Numbered from the stretch's first letter, positions 20,201 to 29,381 are shown. The stretch is DNA of 64,000 bases from an uncultured Candidatus Saccharibacteria bacterium (GCA_964583675.1 CAZOVH010000001.1:17754-81753), one strand, 5' to 3'. Notes: generated by a model from the letters alone, not told the origin. Program-made: numbers and translations.

Positions 20201-22529
20201 AATCTGCCTGACCAACTGCGCAAGTGGATTGCGATATGTCGTAAGCTGATTCATTATTATATTCCGGACCATTATTGTGCCTGAAGCTATACTTACCCGG
20301 ATACACATTCCTTACAATCGCCAGGTTATTTTCCGAAGAATTACCATTTTGTGAAATTTGACCGGTCCTAGCATCAAGAGTATAGCCATATCTTAAAGGT
20401 CCCTGTCCGGAAAGGAACTGAGCTTGAGTAATGCGATTATTTCCACCCTCCGTGGTGCAATAAAATCCAGTATTCGCCGCACCGCCATAATCATAGCCAG
20501 GCTTGGTGGGGATATAGTCTTTACTAGCACAATTACCGTACCCGCCGGCAGGATCTCCGAGATCAGTTCCCGGTGTTACAGTATTCGCAACTCCAACGGT
20601 GTTCATCCTTACCGGTCGAACCTCCACGTCCGTACAAATGTTCCTCTTATAATCATTGTAGTTACATGGATTTAGATCGGTATTCGCAGACGTATTGCCT
20701 CCCTGCATGTCAATCTTACCGCGAACTTGAATTGTGACTGGCGCTGGCTTAAAGAAGAAGGTGACCCAAACTTGCCCACCGGTTGGAATCGCCACTCCGT
20801 TTATACTTGGTGTTGTGCCCTGGTAGTTAACCGTTACGGTATGCTCCGTCTGACCATTACCCTCAAGAATTATCTGACCCTGTGTTTGGTTATTTGGTGC
20901 TGCCGCAGCATCATTTGAGGCACAGCTTGATATCTGAGTGGCGGAGACACAATAGGCATAGCCACGTATCTGCCAGCCTGCTGGAGCTACTGCTCGAACA
21001 CCATAAGTTCCAGACGTGGAGTTGTAGTTTACGGCCCGATTCCAAGCGCCCGCCTGGTTATTGCCCGAAACAGTCTGACCAGCAACATCAATCGTTCCGG
21101 TGCCAAGGTTTGTCGTATCGCTATTTTGATTACTATTAAACGTGCCAGGCCCCTTTTTATCACCCTTCACGATTATTTGGTTTGGCTCGAGCACAAAGAA
21201 CACCGGGCGATACCGCCATGCCGTGAGTGTAGTCACAAACTGAGAAGTAGCACCTCCCTGTCCAGCAGATGTATAGCAAGTATTCCTATCGGTGTTCTGG
21301 CCACACTGTATTGTGCTAACAATTCTCCATCCTGCCGGAATATTCGCAGCAGAAACTGTATAGCCCGCCGCCGCAGGGCCTTTATCATCCGCATATAAGC
21401 CTGCTACATCGGCGCTACCATTTGATGATCTACCTGGCGTTACAGTGGTTGGCCCCGCAGTATAAGACTTCTGAGTGCCGGAAGGCAAATTAAATCGACG
21501 TGTTACCGTAATATCTGGGGCATTATCACACGCGCCAGCCTGATAATCAGACTGATTACAAGGGTTTGAGAGCGTGCCAGTTGCTGGATCTCGCACTAAA
21601 ATACCCGCCTGAATAGTCGAAGGCTTTGGCTCGTAATAGAAATCTAATGATTGCGTCGAACCTACTGGTGTCGTGCCTGCGGGGAAGCCGTAATAGTTCT
21701 GATTGCCAGAAGTACCATTCGACAATCGCCATCCGGTCGCCACCCAATCGGCTGTATCCACGGCCTGAATAATATGCGCTAATGCCTGATTTCTACCCGG
21801 CAAGCTGTATGGCTGGGTCACGCTTGTGTCCCCAATATTGTTGTCGCGAATCGTCGCACCGGAAGGCTGGCCACTCTGCAGGCCATAGCGATCTAACTTA
21901 ACCCCATTCACATTAAAACTAGGCGGATTTTCTTCATACACAAAGAAAACTTGTGTTTCACCGCCGTTATTTGCTTGAGCCGCGACTACGTTACTTGCCG
22001 CCCAGCTGCTTGCCCTCGTGACTGCTCCGCCGTCTATCCATTGCCAATATGCCACCCAATTACCACCATTGCTCGTAAACGTAGAGCCAGGCTTAGGGAT
22101 AGCAGATACTTGTACATGAAAATCTCCGGGCGCTAGACCATTAAGCGGTACACCGCACCAAGCAAAATTTGCAAAGCTAGTTACAAGCATAGTACTGCCA
22201 GGAGGAGCGAGGTATCCATTCCCCCAAGTTTGTGCAAAGCCCCAATCAGCCGGATATACATAAGTATTAGTTGTCGGATTACCTCCTCCCGGAGAAAGGT
22301 GATATCCATTATAGGGTGGTTGTGTAATTGGTACTTTTCCAGGAATCCCCATCGTATCTATCCGAATATCAACATCGCCTAGATTTTGCGTAACTCCTGT
22401 GTACCACGGCTTGAAGGCAACCCCTACGGTAATACGCGCTGGGTTGGCATGAGCGACGGTGGAAAGTGCGAAAAACACCGCTATGAATGTAGTTAACGAA
22501 ATTGATGCGCGTAAAAGTACTTTTCTCAT
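17235..22529 (-). CDS. Giant secreted surface protein (1764 aa), paralogous C-terminal module shared with 23648..27649
   Basis: Sec signal peptide (MRKVLLRASISLTTFIAVFFALSTVAHA|NPA). Composition is rich in G/N/T/Y/W. Internal ~300-aa repeats start with FYYxPKP..IQ and NPCN.xDY(Q/K)....C. The C-terminal region aligns with the 1333-aa ORF (PWLRVQNGNVTALGEI, FCSTNFYMLGF, LPNLGI, RIDASLYAAGKV, GFTFGRNYVDF, PPPGFE, terminal PKF). Confidence 0.8.
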   Translation of the reverse strand: MRKVLLRASISLTTFIAVFFALSTVAHANPARITVGVAFKPWYTGVTQNLGDVDIRIDTMGIPGKVPITQPPYNGYHLSPGGGNPTTNTYVYPADWGFAQTWGNGYLAPPGSTMLVTSFANFAWCGVPLNGLAPGDFHVQVSAIPKPGSTFTSNGGNWVAYWQWIDGGAVTRASSWAASNVVAAQANNGGETQVFFVYEENPPSFNVNGVKLDRYGLQSGQPSGATIRDNNIGDTSVTQPYSLPGRNQALAHIIQAVDTADWVATGWRLSNGTSGNQNYYGFPAGTTPVGSTQSLDFYYEPKPSTIQAGILVRDPATGTLSNPCNQSDYQAGACDNAPDITVTRRFNLPSGTQKSYTAGPTTVTPGRSSNGSADVAGLYADDKGPAAAGYTVSAANIPAGWRIVSTIQCGQNTDRNTCYTSAGQGGATSQFVTTLTAWRYRPVFFVLEPNQIIVKGDKKGPGTFNSNQNSDTTNLGTGTIDVAGQTVSGNNQAGAWNRAVNYNSTSGTYGVRAVAPAGWQIRGYAYCVSATQISSCASNDAAAAPNNQTQGQIILEGNGQTEHTVTVNYQGTTPSINGVAIPTGGQVWVTFFFKPAPVTIQVRGKIDMQGGNTSANTDLNPCNYNDYKRNICTDVEVRPVRMNTVGVANTVTPGTDLGDPAGGYGNCASKDYIPTKPGYDYGGAANTGFYCTTEGGNNRITQAQFLSGQGPLRYGYTLDARTGQISQNGNSSENNLAIVRNVYPGKYSFRHNNGPEYNNESAYDISQSTCAVGQADCSSSVAPNADISGCLLNHRRKAEFTAVSQFLWWTIYTPIIGVNNPNAAVDPNGQNYCTIMWSGAPGADSWSAGGSPESWNIGGNTPRECAFIPTGGWAYFPQWNTTTGQYGINAQGNGPCGYRKDSGAAGVNTYSMGVPVGTNFREQTFYYAPKFKLTNEALTCDTYTANLVYMPDPSRPVTTYFRINGNSNLMRTETSTGNDIMEITTQTSGPDAYRVDVNIPKYNGQGGILLKDGDDRQFEMFARFSDSSSGAVDSDLVAGYSSGARDFGNAGGSWKYSPRRVSSPGLMHQCRNDAVCDQQGFENQLDAISVMDADYPQSNEIEVTMQNTGESFWQQGYRDGNNNGAVPGTYHELVVTGGTLVTNNQYDTRAWYIPDVQRQIEGGNEVTPVALNPGASSYTFKIIPTPPKDGGTKFVLGFQMRQAKPASQGGFTQIFGSACQGDFEIKVSYKPWLRVQNGNVTALGEIENQPESARGVYKAENRTNGSPYKGSFESAPAPADAKPAINLHAQFTAAAEKGGSNFCSTNFYMLGFAKGQRTAPQPSDPYGQAEANAPQKSRNCSFDSVNLNIEQAEDSNGDGQKELKNSQMVAAANRAYSEYGQCSDTGTTPDVDDGPQELSPPAKYYRSWAPGSPIDTPSLLWLLRDRPDSNSNLPFGTHNAGPQADRGLYLVNTNAPRPCPTIFKLQTSGSGAITEPNMELGGFIYNAGRSTIVSDDTVYITGNIEARYPTDNSLPYTFQKTGVPDMAGLNKLPNLGIISAKNIVIASNVDRIDASLYAAGKVITCDLYIAEGGLNEDAAKTDKPGTTGSKWIRRGGALSLDSNPLATETEDPNIDEAPSADNVTASGCSNKLRITGSVTGGEGFTFGRNYVDFAGMVERWRVNEGGAFQEFGKFCNLSDVLGIRRVCNLSGERKDFDSPGNRGATNYYWLENRAGWPQNYYTGGPAEDIVGNGLSSFMPPPGFEDITASTNTAKYYNNTARPKF

Positions 22530-23569
22530 ATGCCTTTAGCCTTATACTCTGCATACTTCTTCTCATATTCGCGCAAAACAGCTTCACCTTTGATGAATTT
22601 ATCCACCAGAACAAAATAATGAGCAGCTTCAACAGGTGTTTTTGAAGAATCATGAACAGAAATGTAGTTTCTCGTCTTGATTTCTGAGTAACCAACTTTA
22701 CCAAAGTCATATATAACCTTAAGTATTGTGCTAGTAGTATCGTCCAAAATAACAGATGCCGCCAAAGAGGGCGTTATCAAACTAGAACCATTCGGGTCTT
22801 CATAGGGACTAAGCATCCGATCGGACTGCAATCGTGCCACTACTTGAGCCGGCTGTACAGCATGAGCCTTGAGATCGGCCATATCTTTTTGCGCCTGCTC
22901 CAAAGCTTTGGTCCTATCAGCCTCGTATGCCTGCCGATTACCCCTATTTGGTATAACATAACTGGATGGCCAGGCGATTAGAGAATTGCCATACCAATAA
23001 TAAAATACGTAGGCCTCAAAATAGCCATTTTCCTGGACAAGTTTAAGCTTCCCATCTATGAGCTGACTAATTGCCTTCTCCGCTTTTTCTGGGGTAGCAT
23101 TTGCACCAGCTACAAAATTTAAGGTGTTTTTATCTGCCAGCACATCTACTGAAGGGGCGACACCTACTGCTTGCGCGGCTAAATACTTAGCTCCCACACG
23201 ACTTGCGAGATCGCGTTTTTGTTCATCATTCATATCTTTTGTAAGACTAAGGGCATCAAGCTTTTCTATTATCTGTTTCTGCTGATCATTTCGGTACTGA
23301 TCACGTTCAGTAGCCACAAATTGTCTATACCCAATAAACGTAGCGCCAAAAATAAATACCACTAGCGACACAACCAACACCCAAAAGATGGCCCGCCTCT
23401 TTTGTTTGGCCTGCGCTTCTTTTCTTGCTTCTACTGTTGCTTGTGCTTTCTCAAGAACTCGCGTGGCATCAACACCGCGCGGCACAGGAGACGTAGACTC
23501 AGCAGCTGCTGAGTCATTTTTCCGCTGAGAAAGTGGATCTAATGACTTTGGACTCATATATACAAACAA
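22526..23569 (-). CDS. Membrane-anchored hypothetical protein encoded between the two giant genes
   Basis: 347 aa. Charged N-terminus, a TM at about aa 60-82 (AIFWVLVVSLVVFIFGATFIGY), and a large extracytoplasmic domain. Its stop overlaps the giant-protein start by 4 nt (ATGA). Confidence 0.55.
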   Translation of the reverse strand: MFVYMSPKSLDPLSQRKNDSAAAESTSPVPRGVDATRVLEKAQATVEARKEAQAKQKRRAIFWVLVVSLVVFIFGATFIGYRQFVATERDQYRNDQQKQIIEKLDALSLTKDMNDEQKRDLASRVGAKYLAAQAVGVAPSVDVLADKNTLNFVAGANATPEKAEKAISQLIDGKLKLVQENGYFEAYVFYYWYGNSLIAWPSSYVIPNRGNRQAYEADRTKALEQAQKDMADLKAHAVQPAQVVARLQSDRMLSPYEDPNGSSLITPSLAASVILDDTTSTILKVIYDFGKVGYSEIKTRNYISVHDSSKTPVEAAHYFVLVDKFIKGEAVLREYEKKYAEYKAKGI

Positions 23570-23647
23570 TCAACTCGTTTTAAAACGCTTATGTCTATCG
23601 TACCTGAGCCCCCAGGACTCTTCAAGGTATAAGCTGGAGAATATTTT

Positions 23648-26600
23648 CTAGAAACGTGGATCGGCGTTGTCTGTGACGTAGCGAGCCTGTGAAAAGTCAG
23701 GTTTCGTGAGATGCTCAAAGCCAGGAGGTGGAGCGATAAGCATGAGGCCATTAAAGATCACGTCTTCGGCTGGCTTACCATAATACAAACTGCGTCGTGG
23801 ATCGTAGTCAAAATCCGCACTAAACTGAGCTCGGCCTGTTCGGGCCTGGATCGCCGAAAAGTCGACAAAGTTTCTACCAAACATAAATCCGCCTTTTGAA
23901 GCCATCACACCACGCACCGAAAGCTGATTCTTACATCGAGCTGCCTGGGAGTTTTGCTGCACATTACTACCCGATAGCGTTTCACTCTTAAATCCGTTTG
24001 AGGTCAATGGGTTGTCATTACCGGTTGCGCCCGGACTGTATAGCTCTTCACAGGTGCGAATCTTACCACTCGCATACAAAGATGCATCAATTCTCGTAAC
24101 ATCTTTATCGATGATAATATCACCCTTAACCAGGATACCCAGGTTCGGTAATGCGTTGAGGCCAACCAAATCGTCACGATTAAAGGTCGCGTCCTTTGGC
24201 GTGTTTACGACATTAGCATTGAGATAGAGATTTCCGTCAACAATGATGGTCATACGTCCAGTCGGCTGGAAAAGAGCTGGCGTAGAAACAGGGCTAGGAT
24301 TCACGGTAGTTCCGAGTGTAAGATAGCCAGCTCGAGGCACCGTCAGCTTAGTTATTTCTGGACACGCACTCGACATTGCCGGTAAATTCTGACCATTGTA
24401 GTTCCTATCTAGACCTTTCTTATAGCGGGCTGACCCACTCGTTGCAGGACCGGCAGCTGGACAGTCATCAGGAGCCTCATCCCAGGCATCTTCCGCATCT
24501 CTATAGACTACTTCTTCAGTAGGATTCAAGGCACTAAGCGCATCAGCAAGACCAGACCGGAGATTAAATTTATACTGATCAAAGTCACACCCATCTGGGT
24601 AGAATGAAGTGCCATCAGCTTGATCTCTTCCTAAGACATAAGCATTCGTACTACAGAACGGACCGTTACCTGCAACATGCGACATTACAAGATATGTTAC
24701 TTCTAGATTTAGATCATCGCGCTGCCCATCAACCGGAGGAGCAGGCTCTGCATTCGCGTCTCTGCGGCCGCCCAAATTCCCACCAGTAGCACTGAGTGCT
24801 TCTTGACCCTGAATTTTACCTATAGCACTCACATTTCCGTTTTGCGTACGCAACCATGGACCATATGATGAAAGCACCCTAATGGAAGTTCCACAGGTAC
24901 CGCCAAATGCGATTGGTGCGCTTCCGTCGCTCGGTACAAACTCCATAGTAAATACCAAAGGCGTCGAAGCATCAGACGGAGCTTTAATAAGCGTTAGTGT
25001 AGGAGCAAACTCCAAGCTATCCACATTGCCACTCGCAGCCGGAGCTGGGTAAATGTTTCCAGAAACTGCGCTTGAGGTAATCTCCCAGAACTCACGTGAT
25101 TCCGCTGTCAGCCCCAGACGATACGAACCGCTCGGATAAGTTGCCCATATCGCTTGCCCATTATTCTGCATGCCAACCTTTATATTACCCTCGCTATCAC
25201 CCGTGCTCAGTGTTGCGCGGCCATTCGGGAAAATTGTTGCAAGGTTATTACTGACACACTGAGCATTCCTCGGACACACCAAAGTTCCGGTACCGTTGGT
25301 GCCAACCCCGATATCCACACCATCAACAATCAAGCGAATTTGTACCGCGCGCGCCACCCCATCCTTGTATTTTTCAGGAACTGTGAAGTTAAAATTACGT
25401 CCTTGCTTGATGACTTCTCCTGAACTATCGGTTAAATCTTCACCCCCGACACGTGCGTACACTTCGATATCCGCTGCGCCACCGCCCGATATACTTCCAG
25501 AAATCGTAGGACAGATTACATTTAAGCTCACTACCGTTGGTCTTCTACGGAAAATCCAATCAACATCAAGAGTTGCGCCATTACCAACCGAACCACCCAC
25601 GTACGTGTAAGTTGCAGAACGCACAATTGGCCCGTTATTCACTCGATAACCATACACATCGTATCCAGCTTCAGCATCTACAGTGAAGGAATGCCCCTGG
25701 TCTGCGCGCAAGTTTGCAAATGAATATGGTTGCGCGCTACTAGTAAGTCCATTTGGCTGCTCTCGGACTGTATTGTCTCGATAAGCCCCTGTAGTGGCTC
25801 CATCTTCTTCTTGCTTTTCACCCGATACAGTCATCAGTGGTGGGTCAACCTGCGGTGGAGGTGATTTCTTCATCTTTACATTAATCGAGTAGCCCAAAGA
25901 ACCATTGGCGATGCCCTGATAGAGATCTGACGGAATACGATAATGATCGTCATAGGCAGAGGCCCTATCCTGCACTATCCACTGATTCGTAAGAAGCGTA
26001 ACGGTAAATTGACTGGCGTCTCGGTAGTTCACTGGCTGATAGCCAACGACAGTGTTAAAGCGGAATTCCCAACCCGTATAACAGCTCAACGCAAAGACCC
26101 ACGGATTGTTCTGATGATCGTACACATCCCAGCTCGCTCTGCCGCCCCAGTAACCAAAGTTCAATACTCCATATGCACCAACTATCGGAGCTGGCTCATC
26201 GTTACAGGCTGCTTGCACATTGCCCGTACTGAGAATCTGCATTGTAGCCACTGCGGCACCCTTGTCGTCTCGCATTTGTTTAAGCGGGATGAGCTGGCCC
26301 GTGTCATAATCTGTATAGATGATACTCATCGGCAACGTGTGGTTCGTAAAACAATTAACCGCTGCTGCTCGGGCTGAAGGAATAAGAGCCTGTCGAGCGG
26401 AATCGATGAGACCCGTTGCACCGCCGCTGGCTGGGTTATTGATATCTAAATTGTTTTGCTGATCATCAACCTCGGGGAGCGAGTAATATTCGTTGCTATA
26501 CTTAGCCGATTCCAGGTACTGCTGGATGAGCTGGTCAAGAGACTCCGTATCACCCTGCACTCTATTCGTCGCACGGAAGATGGCATAATACCCCACCTTA

Positions 26601-27649
26601 GATTTAAAGACCTTAGTATTCTCACCAACTGCCAGGCGTGAAATATAATCTATATCCCGTTCACCTTCTGGGTATTGTTGGAAAGTTGCATACATTGTCT
26701 CGTTCAGGCGAGGATACTCCGCTGTTCTGACCCATGGCGCTCCGGGGGTTTCCATCTTTTTATCAAATTCTGCATCACTGCTGTACGGGCTAATATCGGC
26801 AGCTCGGTAGATCTCTTCTTTACTTGCACCGCGCTCAAACAGGGGCAAGAAATCTCGTTCCAAGCGAGCCTTAGCCTCTTTCTCATATGTTTCCTTTTCT
26901 TGAGTACTAGCATCAGCCCCAAACTGGTCCCAGCGAATATATACACCAAATGTATCGGTTCCGCTCGTTGCGGTATCAGCAAGAACTTCACGGTAATATT
27001 CCGTACAGACCTTCATAAATGTAACACTTGAATCCCAGCCATACTCTTGCTTTAAGTAGGCGTAAAATGCATCTTTACCGCCCTGTGACTGGTATTGAGG
27101 AGACATGCGCGTATCAACAATCTCCTGAGTGCAGGTAATATTTTTCTTAGCTGCTTCAGCCTTCAATGCCAGATAAGTTAGTAGGTCGCGAGATGCAGTA
27201 GCGGCAATCAAGTTAGCATCTTCTGGAGACGACTGCTTATTATTAAATCCTTGATACGAAGCCTTTACTTTATCAAACTCGTCCAAGCTTGCCGTCTGAT
27301 CACCTACTTCTGCAAAATTGCCAGCGCTTGGCCTTGGCTTACCGATTGAATCGAGCAGTCGGGTACCCTGTAAAAGCCAGATTACCGAAAGACTCGTAAT
27401 GACGAACAAGCCGATAAGGCCAGCAAAAATAGCTACTTTCTTTTTATTTACTGGCTTCTTCGGCTGCTGTGGTTTACCAACACTAGACTCAATCTTCTTT
27501 GGTGGTTCGTAGTTTTTTGGCTTAATCGCTTCACCAGCCTGAGTCGGCGCGCCTTTTGGACGCACAACCTCACCCGCCTTGTGTTCAGCGACTGGCTTCA
27601 CCTGTTTTTTATCTGGCCGAGGGCCAATGCTATCGATCGATTTTGGCAT
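23648..27649 (-). CDS. Giant surface protein (1333 aa) with signal-anchor, paralogous C-terminal module shared with 17235..22529
   Basis: The K/P-rich cytoplasmic N-terminus (~70 aa) is followed by a single TM (VAIFAGLIGLFVITSLSVIWLL). The large extracytoplasmic region is rich in G/T/N/S. The C-terminal ~420 aa are homologous to the 1764-aa protein (PWLRTQNGNVSAIGKI, FCSTNAYVLG, LPNLGI, RIDASLYASGKI, GFMFGRNFVDF, PPPGFE, terminal PRF). Confidence 0.8.
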   Translation of the reverse strand: MPKSIDSIGPRPDKKQVKPVAEHKAGEVVRPKGAPTQAGEAIKPKNYEPPKKIESSVGKPQQPKKPVNKKKVAIFAGLIGLFVITSLSVIWLLQGTRLLDSIGKPRPSAGNFAEVGDQTASLDEFDKVKASYQGFNNKQSSPEDANLIAATASRDLLTYLALKAEAAKKNITCTQEIVDTRMSPQYQSQGGKDAFYAYLKQEYGWDSSVTFMKVCTEYYREVLADTATSGTDTFGVYIRWDQFGADASTQEKETYEKEAKARLERDFLPLFERGASKEEIYRAADISPYSSDAEFDKKMETPGAPWVRTAEYPRLNETMYATFQQYPEGERDIDYISRLAVGENTKVFKSKVGYYAIFRATNRVQGDTESLDQLIQQYLESAKYSNEYYSLPEVDDQQNNLDINNPASGGATGLIDSARQALIPSARAAAVNCFTNHTLPMSIIYTDYDTGQLIPLKQMRDDKGAAVATMQILSTGNVQAACNDEPAPIVGAYGVLNFGYWGGRASWDVYDHQNNPWVFALSCYTGWEFRFNTVVGYQPVNYRDASQFTVTLLTNQWIVQDRASAYDDHYRIPSDLYQGIANGSLGYSINVKMKKSPPPQVDPPLMTVSGEKQEEDGATTGAYRDNTVREQPNGLTSSAQPYSFANLRADQGHSFTVDAEAGYDVYGYRVNNGPIVRSATYTYVGGSVGNGATLDVDWIFRRRPTVVSLNVICPTISGSISGGGAADIEVYARVGGEDLTDSSGEVIKQGRNFNFTVPEKYKDGVARAVQIRLIVDGVDIGVGTNGTGTLVCPRNAQCVSNNLATIFPNGRATLSTGDSEGNIKVGMQNNGQAIWATYPSGSYRLGLTAESREFWEITSSAVSGNIYPAPAASGNVDSLEFAPTLTLIKAPSDASTPLVFTMEFVPSDGSAPIAFGGTCGTSIRVLSSYGPWLRTQNGNVSAIGKIQGQEALSATGGNLGGRRDANAEPAPPVDGQRDDLNLEVTYLVMSHVAGNGPFCSTNAYVLGRDQADGTSFYPDGCDFDQYKFNLRSGLADALSALNPTEEVVYRDAEDAWDEAPDDCPAAGPATSGSARYKKGLDRNYNGQNLPAMSSACPEITKLTVPRAGYLTLGTTVNPSPVSTPALFQPTGRMTIIVDGNLYLNANVVNTPKDATFNRDDLVGLNALPNLGILVKGDIIIDKDVTRIDASLYASGKIRTCEELYSPGATGNDNPLTSNGFKSETLSGSNVQQNSQAARCKNQLSVRGVMASKGGFMFGRNFVDFSAIQARTGRAQFSADFDYDPRRSLYYGKPAEDVIFNGLMLIAPPPGFEHLTKPDFSQARYVTDNADPRF

Positions 27650-27753
27650 TGAATAATAATTCCACGCGGTTTTTCAAAAACTTAAACGCTTAAGCTCTAT
27701 GCTACCGTTTGTAACACTGGAGCGCAAGCGTTTTTACCTGATATAATATACAC

Positions 27754-28833
27754 ATGAGTCTTTCTCTCGGCATCGTCGGCCTACCGAACGTTGGTAAGTC
27801 GACACTTTTTAACGCACTCACCAAGTCTGACATCTTGGCGGCTAACTACCCATTTGCTACTATCGAGCCGAATGTCGGCATTGTGCCGCTCCCAGACAAG
27901 CGCCTCGCTGAACTAGCGCGCGTAGCTAACACTGCAAAGATTATCCCAGCACCGGTTACCTTTACTGACATCGCCGGTATTGTAAAAGGCGCCGCCGAAG
28001 GCGCTGGCCTTGGTAATAAATTCCTCGCCCATATTCGCGAATGTGCTGCCATTGTGCAGGTTGTAAGGGCTTTTGAATCTGGCGACATTATTCATGTTGA
28101 TGACACTATTAATCCAGCACGCGATATAGAAACAATTAAAACTGAGCTGATCCTGGCTGATCTCGCCACCATCGACAAAGTACTACCCCGCCTAGAGAAA
28201 GAGGCCAAAACTTCTGCCGATGCACGAACTGCAGTTGCAGACCTTACCAAAGCTCGTACTGCACTCGATGCAGGCACCCTCGCTATAAGCCTCTACTCCG
28301 AGGAAGTTCCGCAAAGTATTCGTGAGCTACAGCTCCTTACCGCCAAGCCGTTTATCTATGTTTTTAACGTAGATGAAGCCGGCCTAGCCGATAAAGACCT
28401 CCATGAAAAACTTCGCTCCAGCGTCGCCTCGCTCCCCGCCCTCGTATTGTGCGCCGAGCTGGAAGCCCAACTCAAAGATATGTCAGATGGCGAAGCTTCA
28501 GAGCTACTCGCCGAATACGGGCAAGTAGAATCTGGACTAGCATCACTGGCTCACCTTGGTTTTTCCACCCTTGGCCTGCAAACCTATTTCACCGCCGGAG
28601 AAAAAGAGGCTCGTGCTTGGGTAATTCCGCAGGGAGCAACCGCGCCCGAAGCTGCAGGTGTAATTCATACCGATTTTGAAAAAGGCTTTATTAAGGCAGA
28701 GATTGTAAGCAGTGAAGACTTTATAGAATGCGGCGGCTGGACTGGGGCTCGCACCGCTGGCAAAGTTCGACTCGAAGGCCGTGATTACATCATGCAAGAC
28801 GGCGATGTTGTGCTGTTTAAGTTCAATGTGTAG
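27754..28833 (+). CDS. ychF: Ribosome-binding ATPase YchF (Obg-family GTPase)
   Basis: 359 aa. G1 motif GIVGLPNVGKSTLFNALT is present. A TGS-like C-terminus ends DGDVVLFKFNV. Confidence 0.9.
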   Translation: MSLSLGIVGLPNVGKSTLFNALTKSDILAANYPFATIEPNVGIVPLPDKRLAELARVANTAKIIPAPVTFTDIAGIVKGAAEGAGLGNKFLAHIRECAAIVQVVRAFESGDIIHVDDTINPARDIETIKTELILADLATIDKVLPRLEKEAKTSADARTAVADLTKARTALDAGTLAISLYSEEVPQSIRELQLLTAKPFIYVFNVDEAGLADKDLHEKLRSSVASLPALVLCAELEAQLKDMSDGEASELLAEYGQVESGLASLAHLGFSTLGLQTYFTAGEKEARAWVIPQGATAPEAAGVIHTDFEKGFIKAEIVSSEDFIECGGWTGARTAGKVRLEGRDYIMQDGDVVLFKFNV

Positions 28834-28871
28834 ATAAAAAACCACCGACTGTTCGTCGATGGCAAGACAAA

Positions 28872-29381
28872 TTAGCGGAACGTCGACCACCAGGGCGGCG
28901 GCAAGCTTCTCCTGAGATTCACAACGATCGCTTCCATCTGGTAGGGAAGCAACTTCTGGTGCTCATCGCGCTGATGATGATGCCCGAAGTGTTCGTCGGT
29001 CATCACTACATCCCCTACGATTGTTCTCTCAGCGTAACGAGGCCGGACATGCCAGTGGACATGCGGCTGGGGATCAGGTAGCTGATACGCGTTGTTCATC
29101 AGGGCTGCCCAGGTCACGTGAGTCGCGCCGAGTTCGCGCTTGGCTGAGTTCTCCAGATACCTCATGACTTCATGGAGATCCAACCACTCCTCCTGTGACA
29201 GCGCCGAAAGTTCAGGTACATGCCTCAACGTAGTCACATAGCAGCGACCAACATAGAACTGGTCCGGTGCTAATGTGATGCGCCAGTACCCGGACTGAGC
29301 GACTACATAATCATGCTCAGGAGTATTGCTAAGCAGTTGACAGATGGCGCATCCTGCCATGGGCATTGAATCAAAATCCAA
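28872..29381 (-). CDS. HIT (histidine triad) family protein
   Basis: 169 aa with the histidine triad HVHWHVRP (H-phi-H-phi-H-phi-phi). The local GC content looks higher than in the flanking genes. Confidence 0.6.
   Translation of the reverse strand: MDFDSMPMAGCAICQLLSNTPEHDYVVAQSGYWRITLAPDQFYVGRCYVTTLRHVPELSALSQEEWLDLHEVMRYLENSAKRELGATHVTWAALMNNAYQLPDPQPHVHWHVRPRYAERTIVGDVVMTDEHFGHHHQRDEHQKLLPYQMEAIVVNLRRSLPPPWWSTFR

Noticed and set aside
22369-22710. 113-aa ORF overlapping the junction between the 1764-aa gene and the 347-aa gene
   Set aside because: It is in an alternative frame across two coupled genes whose 4-nt overlap explains the region. Basic and hydrophobic junk-like composition.
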